Source: Ginglymostoma cirratum
Taxonomy: Eukaryota
Assembly: GCA_024137785.1 (NCBI GenBank)
Contig: JAHRHZ010000043.1
Span: forward strand, 5,946,834-6,010,833
DNA: 64,000 bases
Direction of reading: 5' to 3'
Shown in pieces: positions 62,490 to 64,000 of the stretch. The number at the start of each line of letters is the position of its first letter. Positions within the stretch are counted from its first letter, which is position 1. Below the pieces are notes generated by a model. That model saw nothing but the letters and a program-made list of their open reading frames with translations. It made no database searches and had not been told where the DNA came from. A program made the position numbers and the translations under genes.

Positions 62490-62760
62490 TTAAAAACTGA
62501 AAAAACTGTGGATGCTTTAAATCAGGAACTAAAACAGAAGTTGCTGGAAAAGCTCAGCAGGTCTGGCAGCATCTGTGAAGAGAAATCACAGTTAACGTTT
62601 TGGGTCTGGTGACCCTTCCTCANNNNNNNNNNTGAAGAGAAATCACAGTTAACGTTTTGGGTCTGGTGACCCTTCCTCAGAACCGAAACATTAACTGTGA
62701 TTTCTCTTCAGAGATGCTGCCAGCCCTGCCGAGTTTTCCCGCAACTTCTGTTTTCGTTCA
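62490..62760. mobile_element. Family B fold-back dimer spanning an assembly gap
   Basis: Inverted arms; a 10-N gap at 62623-62632 is flanked by an identical 47 bp duplicate. Confidence 0.78.
62623..62632. other. Assembly gap (10 N)
   Basis: Run of n bases. Confidence 1.
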
Positions 62761-62909
62761 TTAAACTAATTTAGTTAGTTAACCCTGGATGCTGTGTCTG
62801 AGAGCTTGATTGAGGATTAAAAATTTTTATCAAGTGAGTTAAGTGCTCAGCTTCATCTTTGACCATCTTGCGACTTTGTGCTTTTTAAATTATTTTCCAA
62901 GACACTCAC

Positions 62910-62957
62910 CTTCAACTTGTACAGTTGTGATGTCAGTGTCTGCACACTCTGTACAAA
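62910..62957 (-). CDS. ARHGEF18: ARHGEF18 coding exon (48 nt, FVQSVQTLTSQLYKLK)
   Basis: Acceptor ttttctctctctag, donor AAG|gtgagt; peptide resembles human ARHGEF18 LVQRIQTLSQLLLNLQ (recalled). Confidence 0.88.
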
Positions 62958-63876
62958 CTAGAGAGAGAAAACCAGACAGTGGTTAGAGATATTATGCAAA
63001 CTTCCTATAGCAAGAATCTTTGAGCTAAGATCAGAATCTGCCAAATGTGCTTTCTGCGTTTGTTGTATTGCTACATAGTCCAGGCATCTCGCAACATTCC
63101 CTTCATATTTGTCATTAGCTATAAATGTACATCCAGAAATGCACTCCCCCCCTCCCTTCATTTCCTGACCTTCTCCTTCCTCTAACAACCAAAAGGTCAC
63201 TTGGCTAGTCAAAGATATTGAGAGATATGGGCTTAAAGCAGCATATGCGGTCACATCGTACATCAGTTATTGTCTCTTCAAATGGTCAAACAGATGAGGC
63301 CTCTTCTTGCTTCCATGATCCAAATACAAAGTTTAGCATGGCGTTAGTCATCATTACTGCTTCACCTATCCCATCTGCTCTCTTATCTTTTTCAGGCTTG
63401 GTTAGGTTCTTTCTGAAAGTTCATTCTTCAGACACAGGCACCACTGGAAGGCTCACTTCTCACCCTTAATTGTTTTGGGAGGGGCTGGAAATGAAGCACT
63501 GCAGTCCAAGTGGTGAAGGGACACCCAATGCACTGTTAGGTAAGCAGTGCAAGGCTTTCCACCCAACAATGAAGAAACAGCCAACACATGTCCAGGATAG
63601 GATTATGGGAACTTAGTGATCCTACACCCCAGCTGCTCGTATCCATGAGGAGATTGCACATTTGAGTAGTGGTGCTGAGACAGTTTTGGTGAGTAGCTGC
63701 AGTGTGCTCAGAGTAACCGCAGGACCAATGATCAACAGGGCGAATGCTTCAAGTTCAAAAATATCTGTTCTGAATAATTACGATATCTTCCTTTTGATTA
63801 TTCACTTTAGCTGATAATATTGCCTTGCTTTGTCAAATTAATTTTACAAAACAGAAGTAAGATGACAGACTCTTAC

Positions 63877-63933
63877 CTCTGCATCTTGCAGAAAACTGCT
63901 GTTATTTATACTGCACCACTTGGGTAGATCACT
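63877..63933 (-). CDS. ARHGEF18: ARHGEF18 internal coding exon (57 nt, SDLPKWCSINNSSFLQDAE)
   Basis: Acceptor ccctgtgtttcag and donor GAG|gtaaga on the minus strand; open in phase 0-0 and joins in frame to the next exon. Sequence is poorly conserved, so the call rests on splice sites and position. Confidence 0.7.
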
Positions 63934-64000
63934 CTGAAACACAGGGAATGGAACCATTATGTTAGACACTGCAAGGCATGGTCAAACGAGACACTGGCAC

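Noticed and set aside
62576-62679. Apparent 47 bp direct repeat suggesting a tandem HHR dimer
   Set aside because: The two copies are identical and abut a 10-N gap; most likely an unmerged contig overlap at a hairpin.

Overview
Eukaryotic, repeat-dense DNA from a cartilaginous fish (shark). This is inferred from HE1/V-SINEs, Deu-type (SacSINE1-like) SINEs and HER1/CR1 LINE tails, all recognised by eye and from recalled consensus sequences, not by database search. The right end carries the last six coding exons of ARHGEF18 (p114RhoGEF) on the minus strand (63933 to 52691, phase-consistent GT-AG introns, ending ...ESGTEIIFF*), followed by an apparently TE-free 3'UTR of about 5.7 kb that ends at an AATAAA near 46952. 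In the remaining ~46 kb I recognise no protein-coding gene; it is a mosaic of SINEs, CR1, Rex/Babar and Tx1 LINE fragments and one solo LTR. The most interesting structure is a Penelope-like (PLE) system. It consists of a 1.4 kb head-to-head GIY-YIG element with a 10 bp target-site duplication (TSD) and about 15 tiny (70-270 bp) elements from three families. These carry minimal hammerhead ribozyme (HHR) motifs and occur as monomers or fold-back dimers, usually with 10-16 bp TSDs. In the well-preserved dimers only one arm keeps a 30-40 nt tail. TE boundaries are approximate (about +/-20 bp) unless a TSD is quoted. A 10-N assembly gap lies at 62623-62632.
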